This document shows positions 20,535-34,676 of a DNA stretch of 64,000 nucleotides, one piece after another; the first letter of the stretch is position 1; each line of letters starts with the position of its first letter. The notes under the pieces are model-generated. The model had not been told where the DNA came from. It did no database searches and was given only the letters and a program-made list of their open reading frames with translations. Source of the stretch: an uncultured Gemmatimonadales bacterium (GTDB lineage: Bacteria > Gemmatimonadota > Gemmatimonadetes > Gemmatimonadales > GWC2-71-9); contig CAVRTU010000005.1 of assembly GCA_963724265.1 (NCBI GenBank), positions 638,041 to 702,040 of the forward strand. The letters are read 5' to 3'. A program made the position numbers and the translations under genes.

Positions 20535-23260
20535 CTACTCCCGCCCGACCTCCGCCGACTCCGCGAGGGTCCGCTTGATCTCCTCCATCCGGAAGGACTC
20601 GATCCCGTCGCCGACCTTGAGGTCGTTGAAGTTCTCGATGCCGATGCCGCACTCGAGTCCTTCGCGCACTTCCTTCACGTCGTCCTTGAACCGCTTGAGG
20701 CTCGAGAGACCGCCGGTGTAGACCGGTGACGCCGTCGCGGATCACGCGGACCTTGGCGGTGCGCTGGATGATGCCGCTCCGGACCATGCAGCCGGCGATG
20801 GTGCCGACCTTGCTGACCTTGAACAGCTGCAGCACCTCGGCCTCGCCCAGCACGGTTTCCTTCTCCTCCGGCTTGAGCAGCCCCTCGAGGGCGTTCCTCA
20901 CGTCCTCGACGGCCTCGTAGATGATGCGGTAGGTCCGGACATCGACCTGTTCCCGCTCGGCGGTGGCGCGGGCGTTGGCGTCGGGCCGGACGTGGAAGCC
21001 GAGGATGATGGCCCCCGACGCCTTGGCGAGCAGGACGTCGCTCTCGGTGATGGCGCCGACGCCGCGGTGCACGACGTCCACCCGCACTTCGGTGGTGCTG
21101 AGCTGGGCCAGCGCGTCGGCCAGCGCTTCGGCCGGGACCGCCCTGGTCGGCCTTGATGATGATCCGGAGGGCGCTGACCTGGCCCTCCTTGAGGGCCCGG
21201 CCGATGTCCTCCAGCGTGCCGCCGCGGCCGCCGCGGCGATTCTGCGCCTCGCGCTCGAGGCGCTGGCGCTTCTGGGCGATCTCGCGCGCCTCGACGGCGT
21301 CGGTCACCACGGGGAACGAGTCGCCGGCCGACGGCACGCCCTCGAAGCCGAGGATCTGGACCGGAATCGACGGGCCGGCCTCCTTCACGATCTTGCCGCG
21401 CTCGTCGAACAGGGCGCGGACCCGGCCGGAGAACTTGCCGCAGATGAAGTTGTCGCCGACCCGGAGCGTGCCCTTCTGGACCAGGATGGTGGCCAGCGGG
21501 CCCTTGCCCGGGTCGAGCGAGGCCTCGAGCACCGTGCCCGCGGCCCGGCGGTCGGGGTTGGCCTTGAGGTCGAGGATCTCGGCCTGCAGCAGGATCTGCT
21601 CGAGCAGGGCGTCGATGCCGGTGCCCTTCTTGGCCGAGATCGCGGTGCAGAGCACCTGGCCGCCGAAGTCCTCGAGCACCACCTGGTGCTGCAGCAGGTC
21701 CTGCTTGACCTTCTGCACGTTGGCGGTGGGCAGGTCGATCTTGTTGATGGCCACGATCATCGGCACGCCGGCGTTCTTGGCGTGGCTGATGGCCTCGACC
21801 GTCTGCGGCATGACCTGGTCGTCGGCCGCCACCACCAGCACGACGATGTCGGTGACCTGCGCGCCGCGGGCGCGCATGGCGGTGAAGGCCTGGTGACCCG
21901 GCGTGTCGAGGAAGGTGATGGCCCGGCCGCCGGGCAGGGTGACGTGGTAGGCGCCGATGTGCTGGGTGATGCCGCCCGCCTCGCCCGCGACGACGTTGGT
22001 CTTCCGGATGTAGTCGAGCAGCGAGGTCTTGCCGTGGTCGACGTGGCCCATGATGGTCACGATCGGCGGCCGCGGGCGCTGGGCCTCCTCGGCCTCCACC
22101 TCGGGCTCGATGGTCGCGTCGGCGGCGTACTCCTCCTCGCGGACCGCCTCGAAGCCGAACTCGGAGGCGATCAGCTCGATCTGGTCGAAGTCGAGCCGCT
22201 GGTTCACCGTGACCATCAGGCCCAGCTCCTTGAAGGCGAGCTGGACGATCTGGCTGGGCGGCACCTTCATGATCTCGGCCAGCTCCGACACCGAGATGAA
22301 CTCGTTGACCCGGATCCGGGTCTTTTCCTTCTCCGCTCCTCGGCCTGGCGCGCCAGCTCGTTCTGGTACCCGGTGGCGTCGCGGCTGCCACGCTTGCCGC
22401 GCTGCTGGCCGCGCATTCCCTGCAGGGTCTTCAGGATGTTGGCCTGCACCGCATCCTGGTCGACCTGGCTCTTCTTCCCCTTCTTGCCCCGCTTGTGTCC
22501 GCCCTTCTGGGCGTCGGGACCGAACTCGCGGGTGATGGTGGCACCCGGCTCCGGACGGGCCGCGCGAGGCGGGGGCGGCGAGCTGCTGCTGAAGACCGGG
22601 CGCGGCGCCCGGGTGGGGCACGCCTGGCACGCCCGGCGCCCTGCGGCTGCGGGGGCCGGACGGGCGACCCGGGTCGGAATGACGGGAGCGCGCGTGGGAG
22701 CGGTCGGCGGGCGCGGCGGGGCGGACCTGATCCTCGGTCCGCGGAGCAGGCGCCGCTGGAGCCGCCGCGCTCGGCGGCCGCCTCGACCGTGGTCTCCTCA
22801 TCCGCTTCGGCGGCCAGCGGGCGGCAGGTCCTTGAACAGCGCCCGGGCCCGCTCCTCGAGGGACGGTGCCTGGCGAGCCTCCTCCTCCTCCTGGGCGCGC
22901 TCCCGCTCGCGCTCCAGGGCCAGCTTCTCGACCGCGGCCCGCTCGGCCTCGAGCACCGCCTCGGACTCCGCCACCTCGGCCGCGGTCCGACGCCGCTTGG
23001 CCGGCTTGACCTCGGCGGCGGCCGGCGACCGGCTCGGCCGCCTTGGCCGCCTTGCGGCGGGGCTTCTTGGCCGCCGGTTCCTCGGCCGCGAGCTTGCGCT
23101 TCTCGCGCTCCCAGCGGACCCGCACCGCCGACACCTGGTCGCCCTCGAGGGCCGACATGTGGCTGCGCACGACGACGCCCATCTCCTTGAGCAGCGCCAG
23201 CAGCTGCTCCGAGGGGATGCCGAATTCGGCCGCGAGATCATGCACTCTGGTCTTGACCAC
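20535..23260 (-). CDS. infB: Translation initiation factor IF-2; heavily frameshifted
   Basis: [29 protein letters not shown] start. G domain [89 protein letters not shown]-terminal [33 protein letters not shown]. Blocks alternate among all three frames. Reconstructed end [17 protein letters not shown] 20535-20537. Confidence 0.9.
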
Positions 23261-23527
23261 TCAATCCTCCGCCCAGGGCACCGCTGCCCCGGAGTTCATC
23301 AATCCGGCCGCGAGCGACCGGTCCGCCACCGCCACCGCCATCACCGGCGACAATCCCAGCCCCGCGCCGAGCCGGTCGGACGCCGGGCCGGCCAGCAGCG
23401 GAATTCCCTTCGCGGATGCCAGCCTCACCAGCCGCTCCCTGGCCCGGTCACTGGCATCGGCCGCGAGTACGACGCAGTGGACCTTCCCGGCCTGGAGCCC
23501 CTCGCGGACGGCGTCCACCCCGACCAC
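23261..23527 (-). CDS. L7Ae/L30e-family RNA-binding protein (YlxQ-like)
   Basis: Intact ORF VGVDAVREGLQAGKVHCVVLAADASDRARERLVRLASAKGIPLL. The frame stays open about 40 nt further upstream (LLGWLGLGRRAGRLV). Sits between nusA and infB. Confidence 0.6.
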   Translation of the reverse strand: MVGVDAVREGLQAGKVHCVVLAADASDRARERLVRLASAKGIPLLAGPASDRLGAGLGLSPVMAVAVADRSLAAGLMNSGAAVPWAED

Positions 23528-23573
23528 GAGGCGACCCGCCCGGCGGCCCAGCCCGAGCCAGCCGAGCAGGGGA

Positions 23574-24897
23574 TCAGGCGCTGGGCCGGGCGTCTTCGCC
23601 GCCGCTGTCGTCGGTCGTCAGCTCGGTCAGGAAGGTCATGAGCTGGTCCACGGCTTCCGGGGTCATGCCGGGGATCTTCGCCACCTCTTCGCGCTCGAGA
23701 TCGAGCACGTCGTTCAGGGTCTGGTAGCCCGCGTTGCTGAGCAGGGCGATCAGCTCGGGCGAGAGGCCCTGGAGCTCGGTCAGCGGGACCTGGGTGACCA
23801 TCTCCTCCTCGGGCGGCAGCGGCGCGAACAGCGGGCCTTCGCCACCCCGCTCCAGCCATTCGCGGCTCGAGTAGAGATCGATCTTCCAGCCGGTCAGCTC
23901 CGAGGCGAGCCGGACGTTCTGCCCGTTGCGCCCGATGGCCAGCGACAGCTGGTCCTCGTCGACCACGGCCTGGATCGTCTTGCTCTCCGGCTCGGCGAAC
24001 ACCTTGGCCACCCGCGCCGGCGCCAGCGACAGCCGGGCGAAGCGCTCGGGATCGGGCGACCACGGCACGATGTCGATGCGCTCGCCGCCGAGCTCGTTGA
24101 CCACCGCCTGGACCCGGGAGCCCTTGAGGCCGACGCAGGCGCCCACCGGGTCGATGGCGTCGTCCCGCGAGATGACGGCGATCTTGGTCCGGCTGCCCAC
24201 CTCGCGCGCGATGGCGCGGATCTCGACGACGCCCTGCTGGATCTCGGGGACCTCGAGCTTGAAGAGCGCCTTGACGAACAGCGGGTCGCCCCGGGTCAGG
24301 ATCAGCCGGGGCCCCTTGGGGGTCTCCTCCAGCCGCTTGAGCACGGCCCGGATGGTGTCGCCCTGGTGGAAGTGCTCGCGGTGATTCTGCTCGCGGTAGG
24401 GGATGATCGCCTCGGCCTCGCGGAACTTGTTCAGCATGATCACCAGCTTGCCGCGCTCGATCTGCTGGACCTCGCCGGAGAGCAGCTCGCCGACCTTGTC
24501 GGCGAACTCGTCGCGGATCCGGGTCCGCTCGCCCTCGCGGACCCGCTGGATGATCCGCTGCTTGGCGGCCTGCACCGCCAGCCGGCCGAACTCGGCGAAG
24601 GGGACGTCCTCCTCGAGCATGTCGCCCACCGCGAAGTCGGGGTCCTCGTACTGGGCCTCCTCGAGCGACACCTGCGCGCTGGAATCCTCGACCGGCCTCC
24701 ACGACCTGGCGGAGGCGGACGATCCGCAGGGTGCCCTTGAGCGGGTCGAAATCCAGCTCGAACTTGACGTTCGGTCCGTACTTGCGCGCCAGCGCGGCCT
24801 GGATGCCGTCGCGCAGCAGGTCGAGCAGCTCGGCCCGGTCGAGTTGTTTGCTTGTGGTCAGCTCGCGAATCGCGGCCAGGACCTCTGTCGAACTCAT
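23574..24897 (-). CDS. nusA: Transcription termination/antitermination factor NusA; one frame break
   Basis: MSSTEVLAAIRELTTSKQLDRAELLDLLRDGIQAALARKYG (23425..24957 frame), then S1/KH body ..VQQIERGKLVIMLNKFREAEAIIPYREQ..LILTRGDPLFVKALFKLEVPEIQQGVVEIRAIAREVGSRTKIAV..VGACVGLKGSRVQAVVNELGGERIDIV..LAIGRNGQNVRLASELTGWKIDL (23574..24671). 1324 nt = 3n+1. Confidence 0.9.
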
Positions 24898-24966
24898 CCC
24901 GATTCTCCCTGGACCGTCCCCCGGGGGGGTCCGGCCCGACACGAATCCAGCAGGCATTCAGGGCTG

Positions 24967-24995
24967 AAAAAAAATGTGGGGGAACTCCCCCCACA
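24967..24995 (-). terminator. Rho-independent terminator downstream of pgeF
   Basis: On the minus strand, TGTGGGGGG-AGTT-CCCCCACA is followed directly by an 8-nt T run (A run 24967-24974 on the plus strand). Confidence 0.75.
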
Positions 24996-25070
24996 TCAGA
25001 AAAGCGTCCTGCGGAGCTCCCCATCCAGCGCGAGTAGTCTAACGGGTCGCCCCGGGGGCGTCAATCGTTA

Positions 25071-25845
25071 TTAGGATGGATTGGGCCTCGGATAGCCGAG
25101 ATACGCGACCATCCGGCCGTCGCGGCCGAGGGAGGCGCGGTAGGAAAAGAAGGAGGCGCGGTCGTGGCTGGAGCACCATTGTGATGTGGAAATTGTTCGA
25201 ATTCCCAGGTGCCGCCCCTGCTCCTGCAGCACCGTTCGCAGGTCGAGATGCCAGGGGCCCGCTCCAGGCGCCGCCTGTCCGCATCCATCCATGACTTCGC
25301 GTCCTACTTCATAGCAGGGCCCGCAAATGCCAACCCCACAGTGCATTACGATATCAGCAGCCACTGACCCGAACGCCTCACCCATGGTCTCAACTCCGAC
25401 CCGCAGTATCTCGCCGCTCGTGCCCCGCCATCCCGCGTGAAGCAGGCCGATGGCATGGCGGACCGGGTCGAGCAGGAACAGGGGGATGCAGTCCGCGATG
25501 GTGGCCAGCAGGAGTGTGCCGGCAGCTATTCGTGACATGTCCGTCCGTGCCCTCCACGATCAGCCAGCCTTCGAGATCGGGCGCCGTTCTCACGGTCGTC
25601 CCGTGCACCTGGCTCCCCAGCACGAACCCCGTGAACCCCGGCGTGGCCGCTCTGAAGCTCCGCCACCGCCCCTGGACCTGCCCGGTAGGGTCCTCGCCCC
25701 AGAGGCCGAGACTGAAGCCGCTGCCGGCGGCCTCCCCCCGTCCAGTGATGCCGGCCACGACTCCGTACCGCTCGCGCCAGCCGGGCAGTTCGAACCGGGG
25801 GACCGGTCCGGGCAGGGGAATCTCCCTCGTGGCGTGGACAGTCAT
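25071..25845 (-). CDS. pgeF: Peptidoglycan editing factor PgeF / YfiH (DUF152 laccase-domain) protein; one frame break
   Basis: MTVHATREIPLPG..GVVAGITGRG..LGSQVHGTTV (25390..26370 frame), then TIADCIPLFLLDPVRHAIGLLHAGWRGTSGEIL..CGVGICGPCYEVG (25071..25538 frame). 775 nt = 3n+1. Confidence 0.8.
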
Positions 25846-26011
25846 GGCTTCGGCGCCCTCCCTGAGGACCGACCATTCATCGTGAACGAATCCCTCGCTT
25901 TCGCACGCGCGCCCACATTCGTGGCCAGTGGCCCCTCGCACACCTTGCCGGCGCCCGGTAGGTTCAGGGTGAGTCGCGCCCACCGTCACCCCAGCACCGC
26001 CCAGGAGGCTC

Positions 26012-27112
26012 ATGGCCGTGGGACTCTCGCTCAAGCCGTCGATCAACTGGCTGTTCGTCTTCGTCCCGGTCACGGTGGCCGTCGAGCACCTCGGCAACGC
26101 TCCAGCGCCCGCCCTGTTCTTCTGCGCCGCCCTGTCCATCATCCCCATCGCTGGACTGATCGTCCGCTCGACCGAGCAGATCGCGATCCGTACCGGGGAC
26201 ACGATCGGCGGCCTGCTCAACGCGACCTTCGGCAATGCGCCGGAGCTGATCATTTCGATCGTCGCCCTGCGGGCCGGCCTCTTCGACATGGTCCGGGCCG
26301 CCCTGATCGGCGCCATCCTGGCCAACCTGCTCCTGGGGCTGGGCCTCGCCTTCCTCCTTGGTGGCCTCAAATATCACGAGGAGGAGTACAATGCCGGAGC
26401 CACCCGGGTCTACAGCTCGATGATGCTGCTGGCGGTGATCAGCCTCGCGGCGCCCAGCGCGGTGGCCAGGCTCGCCAGCGCGGATCTGTCGGCGGTGGTG
26501 AATCAGCAGTCGCTGAACTTGCTGGTCGCGCTCCTGCTCCTGGCCACCTATGGATTGTACCTGCTGTTCGCGCTGCGCACCCACCCCGACCTCTTCGCCG
26601 CCAGCGGCCACGGCGAGGAAGGAGCCGAGGAGGAGCAGTGGAGCGTCGGCCGTGCGGTCGGCAGTCTCCTGGGAGCCTCGGTCCTCGCCGCCTGGATGAG
26701 CGAGATCATGGTCGGCGCGGCCGAGGGGACCGGCAAGGCACTCGGCATGTCCGACACCTTCATGGGCCTGGTCTTCCTGGCCGGAGTCGGTGGCGCCGCG
26801 GAGATCTTTTCGGCGGTGGCCGTTGCCCGGAAGAACAAGCTGGACCTGAGCGCCGGCATCGCGCTGGGCAGCTCGATCCAGATCGCGCTCTTCGTCGCCC
26901 CGGTCCTGGTCCTGCTCAGCTTCGTCGCCGCACCCCAGCCGCTGACCCTCGCCTTCGGCCGCCCCGAGCTGGGCGCCCTCTTCCTCACGGTGCTTATCGG
27001 CGCTCTGGTATCAGGCGACGGGCGCGGCAATTGGTTCAAGGGGGTCCAGCTCGTCACGGTGTACCTGATCCTGGCCATGCTGTTCTACTTCATGCCGGCC
27101 CCCACGCCCTGA
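26012..27112 (+). CDS. Ca2+/H+ exchanger (CaCA family, ChaA/CAX-like)
   Basis: Intact 366-aa ORF. Two alpha-repeat motifs, GGLLNATFGNAPELIISIVAL and GVGGAAEIFSAVAVA, with about 11 TM segments. AGGAGG RBS upstream. Confidence 0.8.
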   Translation: MAVGLSLKPSINWLFVFVPVTVAVEHLGNAPAPALFFCAALSIIPIAGLIVRSTEQIAIRTGDTIGGLLNATFGNAPELIISIVALRAGLFDMVRAALIGAILANLLLGLGLAFLLGGLKYHEEEYNAGATRVYSSMMLLAVISLAAPSAVARLASADLSAVVNQQSLNLLVALLLLATYGLYLLFALRTHPDLFAASGHGEEGAEEEQWSVGRAVGSLLGASVLAAWMSEIMVGAAEGTGKALGMSDTFMGLVFLAGVGGAAEIFSAVAVARKNKLDLSAGIALGSSIQIALFVAPVLVLLSFVAAPQPLTLAFGRPELGALFLTVLIGALVSGDGRGNWFKGVQLVTVYLILAMLFYFMPAPTP

Positions 27113-27121
27113 GGCCCCGAG

Positions 27122-27781
27122 ATGCCTGCTGCCAAGGAACCCAGCTCCGCCGTCCTCAGCCCGGTCGAACGCATCTCCGAGGTGCTCTTCGGCCTGATCA
27201 TGGTGCTCTCGTTCACCGGCACGCTGAGTGTCGCCACCGCACAACGGGATGATGTCCGGGAGATGATGATCGCCGCGATCGGCTGCAACCTGGCGTGGGC
27301 GATCGTCGACGCGGTCATGTACATGATGGACAACGTACTGGACCGCGGCGGCAGACTGCGGGCGCTGCACGCCGTTCGGCGGGCGCCCACCCCCGAAGAC
27401 GCCCGGAGCACGATCGCCGCCTCGTTGCCGCCACTCATCGCCGGCATGGTCGACTCCGACGAGCTGGAAGAGCTGCGCCAGCGCCTGCTCCGGCTTCCCG
27501 AGCCGCCGGCCTGGCCTGCACCGACCCTCACCGACCTGCGCGGCGCGGTCGGGGTCTTTCTTTTGGTCCTGCTTTCGACATTTCCCGTGGTGCTGCCGTT
27601 TGCGTTCATCCAGGAGGCTCAGCTGGCCCTGCACGTCTCCAACGCTGTGGCCATCGCCCTGCTGTTCGCCGGCGGCCTGGCACTGGGACGCTATGCGGGC
27701 ATGCGCCCGCTGCTTACCGGACTCGCGATGGTGGCCATCGGCGTGGTCCTGGTCGGGGTCACCATCGCGCTGGGCGGCTGA
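27122..27781 (+). CDS. VIT1/CCC1-family (iron/manganese transporter-like) membrane protein
   Basis: Intact 219-aa ORF. N-terminal SPVERISEVLFGLIMVLSFTG helix, central soluble stretch and C-terminal TM bundle. Starts 10 nt after the exchanger gene. Confidence 0.6.
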   Translation: MPAAKEPSSAVLSPVERISEVLFGLIMVLSFTGTLSVATAQRDDVREMMIAAIGCNLAWAIVDAVMYMMDNVLDRGGRLRALHAVRRAPTPEDARSTIAASLPPLIAGMVDSDELEELRQRLLRLPEPPAWPAPTLTDLRGAVGVFLLVLLSTFPVVLPFAFIQEAQLALHVSNAVAIALLFAGGLALGRYAGMRPLLTGLAMVAIGVVLVGVTIALGG

Positions 27782-27796
27782 GGGGCTGCCTCAGCC
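27777..27796. terminator. Short hairpin between convergent genes (possible bidirectional terminator)
   Basis: GGCTGAGG-GCTG-CCTCAGCC spans the VIT stop codon and the reconstructed ureohydrolase stop. No U tract. Confidence 0.3.
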
Positions 27797-28608
27797 CCGC
27801 TCCGCCAGGAGCGCGATCATCTCCTGGCCAGCTTGGCCGCCACGCCGGCGGTGACTCCACCCAGGTCCGCCAGCGGGTTGTACTCCACCAGGTCGGCGCC
27901 GACCATCGGGGCTTCGATCCGTCCGAGCACCGCAAGGGCCTCACGCACCGACAGTCCGCCCGGCTCGCGGTGTGACACTCCGGGTGCACAGGCCGGATCC
28001 AGCCCATCGAGATCGAGACTCAGGTAGGTGGGTGTAGCCGGGTCGAGCGGCAGCGGGCCGTGCCATTCCGATGGTCGCAGGACCCGGACGCCGAACCGAT
28101 CCGCCATGGCCTGCTGCAGCGGATTGATGGTGCGGATGCCGACCTGGACCAGGGAGTCGATCAGCCCCTCCTCGAAGGCCCGGGTGAAGGGACAGGCGTG
28201 CGAGTACGGATCGCCCTGGTAGTCGGGATAGAGATCGGGGTGGGCGTCGATGTGCAGGACCTGGAGCCGCGGATACCGCGGCCGCAGGGCGCGGAGCACC
28301 GGCACCGTCACCGAGTGATCACCGCCCAGCAACAGGGGCCGGTGACCCCTGGTCAGCAGGGAGTCCACGCCGGCGCGGATGGCTTCCCGCGCCGCCGCCG
28401 CGTCGTCGGGGAGCGACAGGTCGCCGAGGTCGGCGAGGACGTCGGGGGCGAGGGCATCGATGCCGCGCTCGCTCCAGCTGTTGGACGCCTTCGAATGGAG
28501 TGCCTCCCGGATGGCCGCCGGGGCCCGCGCGGGGCCCCGGACGAAAGGACGACGATCCATCCCAGGGCAGGCCGAGCAGTCCGACCCGGGCCGGCCCGGC
28601 ACCGGTGG

Positions 28609-28612
<4 letters not shown>
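27791..28612 (-). CDS. Arginase-family ureohydrolase (agmatinase/formimidoylglutamase-like); frameshifted
   Basis: [23 protein letters not shown] (28319..29572 frame tail), then [75 protein letters not shown] (27817..28602). The track ORF stops at 27817. Adding one base near 27815 gives [15 protein letters not shown] ending at TGA 27791-27793, but this extension is tentative. Confidence 0.75.
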
Positions 28613-29901
<1,289 letters not shown>

Positions 29902-29993
29902 GGCCAAAGCTCACCCGGGGCCCTGTAGCCCGTCAAGCGCAGTATTATTTTGCAGGTACCCCCTCGGGGGGCTCCAACCGGGAGTAACCAGTC

Positions 29994-30504
29994 ATGTGGC
30001 TGCTGCAGCAGGCGGTGCCTACTGTGGCCGGGTGGGTGGGCCCGACGATGGCCGTGTCCCTCGTCATCGTCGCCCTCTCGTTCCTGGCCGGGGCCATCGG
30101 CATTCTGGTCGACGGCCCGCGGGCTGGGGCAGGTCATGCATCGGATGGCCTCTCGCTCGACGCGCTGCACACCGAGCTGGTGCCGACGCTGAGTGCGCTG
30201 AGGGAGATGGCCGACGACGGGCAAGGCACTCGCCCAGACCGTGCGCGACGAGGTCACCGCGATCACCGGCACCAGCCAGAAGCTCCGCGAGGGGCTGGAG
30301 TCGGGCGCCGAACGGGTCCAGGAACGCCTCGAATACCTGGAGTCGCTGTACGACGTGGTGGAGGAGGAACTCACCGAGACGGCGATCGACGTCACGGCGG
30401 CGCTGCACACGGTCCGGCGCGGGGTCGGCCTGGCGGGGCGGTCGGAGCGCCTGCTCGGGATGGCGGCGGGAAGCGGCGGCGCAGATGAGACTGGCGCCTG
30501 GTAG
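29994..30504 (+). CDS. DUF948/YtxH-like membrane-anchored coiled-coil protein; one frame break
   Basis: N-terminal TM MAVSLVIVALSFLAGAIGILV (29994 frame), then helical VRDEVTAITGTSQKLREGLESGAERVQERLEYLESLYDVVEEELTETAIDV (30241 frame). 511 nt = 3n+1. Confidence 0.5.
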
Positions 30505-30522
30505 GGTCCTGGCGGCGCGGTC

Positions 30523-31429
30523 GTGCTGCTGGTGCTCTGCCCCGCCGACCTGCTGGCCTGGACCCCGGGCACGCACATCTATCTCGGGGAATCGGTCCTG
30601 ACCAATCTCGGCCTCCTCCCCGGCTGCCGTCGCCGACCTGCTGCGTGCCTTCCCCTTCGACTTCCTGTACGGCAACATCGCCGCCGATTCCTCGATCGCC
30701 AAGAAGTACGCCCCGGTCGGCCGGCACTGCCACCATTGGCCGGTTGGCCAGCAGATCCTGGCGAAGGCCCGGACCGACGCCCTGCGCTCCTTCGCGTTCG
30801 GGTACCTCGTCCATCTCGCCGCCGACACGGTGGCCCACAACTTCTACGTGCCGCGCCAGCTGGTCATCACCAGCAGCACCACCGGCTTCGGCCACTCCTA
30901 CTGGGAAAGCCGGCTGGAGACCCACCTCGGCGACCGGTTCGCCCGGACTGCCCGCAACATTCTCCGGCTCGACCACACCCCGGCCGACACCCTGCTCGAC
31001 GGCATCCTGGCGCCGACGATCTTCAGCGTGAAGACGAACCGCCGGCTGTTCCGCGGAATGGTCTACCTGACCGAGAGCCAGGGCTGGCAGCGGGCCTTCC
31101 AGGTGGCGAGCGAGGTCAGCCGCTGGGACCTGCCGGCCGACGAGGTCGAAGCTACATGACGCTGACCTTCGACCTCATCATGGAGTTCCTGGCCGACCCG
31201 GACGCCACCGTCCTGGGCTGGGATCCCTTCCGGGGAGCAGCCGCTGCGCACCGCCAAGGGAATGCGGCGCCAGGCGCTGGTGGCGGGGGCGTGGCGGGAA
31301 TCGGGGCGGCTGCGTGAGGTGGCCGAGGCGCACTTCGGCCTGCCGGAGCGCACCTTCCGATTCCTGCCTCCCGCCGAGATCAAGCGCCCCTGGCGCGTTC
31401 CTCCGCAGATCGACCACGCCTCGGCCTGA
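30523..31429 (+). CDS. Zinc-dependent phospholipase C-like protein; frameshifted
   Basis: LLAWTPGTHIYLGESVL, FLYGNIAADSSIAKKY..GRHCHHW (30645 frame) and FGYLVHLAADTVAHNFYVP..GFGHSYWESRLE (30830 frame). The His/Asp metal-ligand spacing resembles the Zn-PLC/P1-nuclease fold. The tail ..LPERTFRFLPPAEIKRPWRVPPQIDHASA ends at TGA 31427-31429. Confidence 0.5.
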
Positions 31430-33250
31430 CCGCGGATGACCGCTCCGCTGGTCGACCCGCTCTTCCTCGCCTTCCAGAACGCCATCGCCGGCCGCTACGC
31501 GCTCGACCGAGAACTCGGTCGCGGCGGCATGGGCATCGTCTTCCTGGCCCGCGACGTCGCCCTCGACCGCGCGGTGGCCATCAAGCTGCTGCCACCCGAT
31601 TTCACCTCGCACCCCGAGCTCCGCCGGCGGTTCCTGGCCGAGGCGCGGACGGCGGCCCGGCTCTCGCACCCCAACATCGTTCCGATCTTCGCGGTCGAGG
31701 AGACGGCAAGCTTCGTTTTCTTCGTGATGGCGTATGTCCCGGGCACCACGCTGGGCCAGCGGCTCCGCGAACGGGGGCCGCTGCCGCCTCCCGCGCTGAT
31801 TCGCCTGCTCAAGGAAGTGGCCTGGGCGCTGGACTACGCCCACGGAATGAACGTCATCCACCGGGATGTAAAGCCCGACAACATCCTGATCGAGGAGGGA
31901 TCGGGACGGGCGCTGGTGGCCGATTTCGGCATCGCCGCGGGCGCCCGAGCAGACCCAGGCCGAAGGAGCCAGCGGGACCACCGGCTTCATGAGCCCGGAG
32001 CAGGCGGCCGGCGGATCCACCGACGGCCGCAGCGACCTCTTCGCGCTTGGCGTGGTCGGCCACCTTGCGCTCTCCGGCCAGATGCCGGCTTCCGGAACCC
32101 CGCTGGCGAGGCTCTCACCGCACGCCCCACACGCTCTGATCGGCGCGCTCGATCGTTGCCTGATGCCCGCCAGGGAGCAGCGATTCGCCTCGGGAAGGGA
32201 GATTGCCGAGGCACTCGACCGCGCCGGGGGCACCGAGCTGCCGGCGCCGATCCGGATGTGGCTCCACCGCGGCCAATCACTCAAGGTACCGTTGGCACTG
32301 TGGACCCTGATGTCAGGGGCGCCCTTCGTGGCCATCCTGTTCACGGTGACCGAAGCAGGCCTGCATTTCCTGCCGCTGTTCCTTCCTCTTGTCACGTTCG
32401 GGGTGCCCTGGACCGGGTACTTCATCTGGCGCCTCTACCAGGCGCGCCGGCTGCTCTCCGCCGGCTACGGCCTGGCCGACATCCAGTACGGACTCGCCGT
32501 CTTCTCGGCACAGCGGGCCGAGGAGCTCGCATTCGAACATCGCAAGGGGCCGACGCCACTGGGCCGGGCGCTCCGGAAGCTGACCATCGGCAGCGTCATC
32601 TCCAGCGTGGTCCTGCTCGCCCTGATCGCCCGCTTCCCCGGAGTGATGGTGTTCCAGTCGGCCGTGGTCGCGACGTTCTGGGGAAGCCTGGTCGGGGCCC
32701 TGCTGGGAATGGCGATACCGGGCAAGGACCTCCGGGTGGATCGCGCGGTGGTCTGGCGGCAGCGAGTATGGCGATCGGCCCTCGGGCGCTGGATGATCAA
32801 GCTGGCCGGCTGGCGCCTGCAGGCGCCCGGCAGCCCGGAGCAGGCCGTCCATCGACCCACGGAACTCGCGCTGGGCCACGCGGCGGACCTGCTGTACCAG
32901 GCGTTGCCTCCCGCCACGAGGCGGGAACTCGAGGGACTGCCGGAGACGATCGCGTTGCTCTCGGCGCACGCCGCCGAATTGCGCCAGCACATCGAGGAGC
33001 TGGATGGACTTCGGGGAGAGGTTCCCACCCGGGACGGTGAGGCCCGCGGCGCGCTGGAGGAGGCCCGGGTTCTCTGGCGCACCCAGTTCACCGAGACGGT
33101 GGGGGCGCTCGAGGCCCTCAGGCTGGGCCTGCTCCGGCTTCACAATGGAGTGGGAGAGGTGGCCGCGCTGGCCACGGACCTGGCCCAGGCGCGGACCCGG
33201 ATGGAGCGACCTGCGCCGCCTTCTCGCGGCGCAGGCCGAGGTCGAGCGGA

Positions 33251-34675
<1,425 letters not shown>

Positions 34676-34676
<1 letters not shown>

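Noticed and set aside
20963-23641. 892-aa plus-strand ORF, the longest in the track
   Set aside because: It is antisense to infB, ylxQ and the nusA 3' end. Its translation is low-complexity and rich in Arg, Gly, Ala and Pro, with no recognisable motif. It is a typical shadow ORF of high-GC DNA, and the opposite strand carries unmistakable IF-2 blocks.
25450-27252. 600-aa plus-strand ORF spanning pgeF and the Ca2+/H+ exchanger
   Set aside because: It is antisense to pgeF and out of frame with the intact 366-aa exchanger ORF. Composition is dominated by Arg, Pro and Gly. It is a shadow ORF.
29908-29993. AT-richer patch (AGTATTATTTTGCAGG) in the murA / DUF948 divergent region, as a possible regulatory or small-RNA locus
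   Set aside because: No convincing -35/-10 pair at correct spacing and no stable hairpin could be derived by eye. It is left unannotated.
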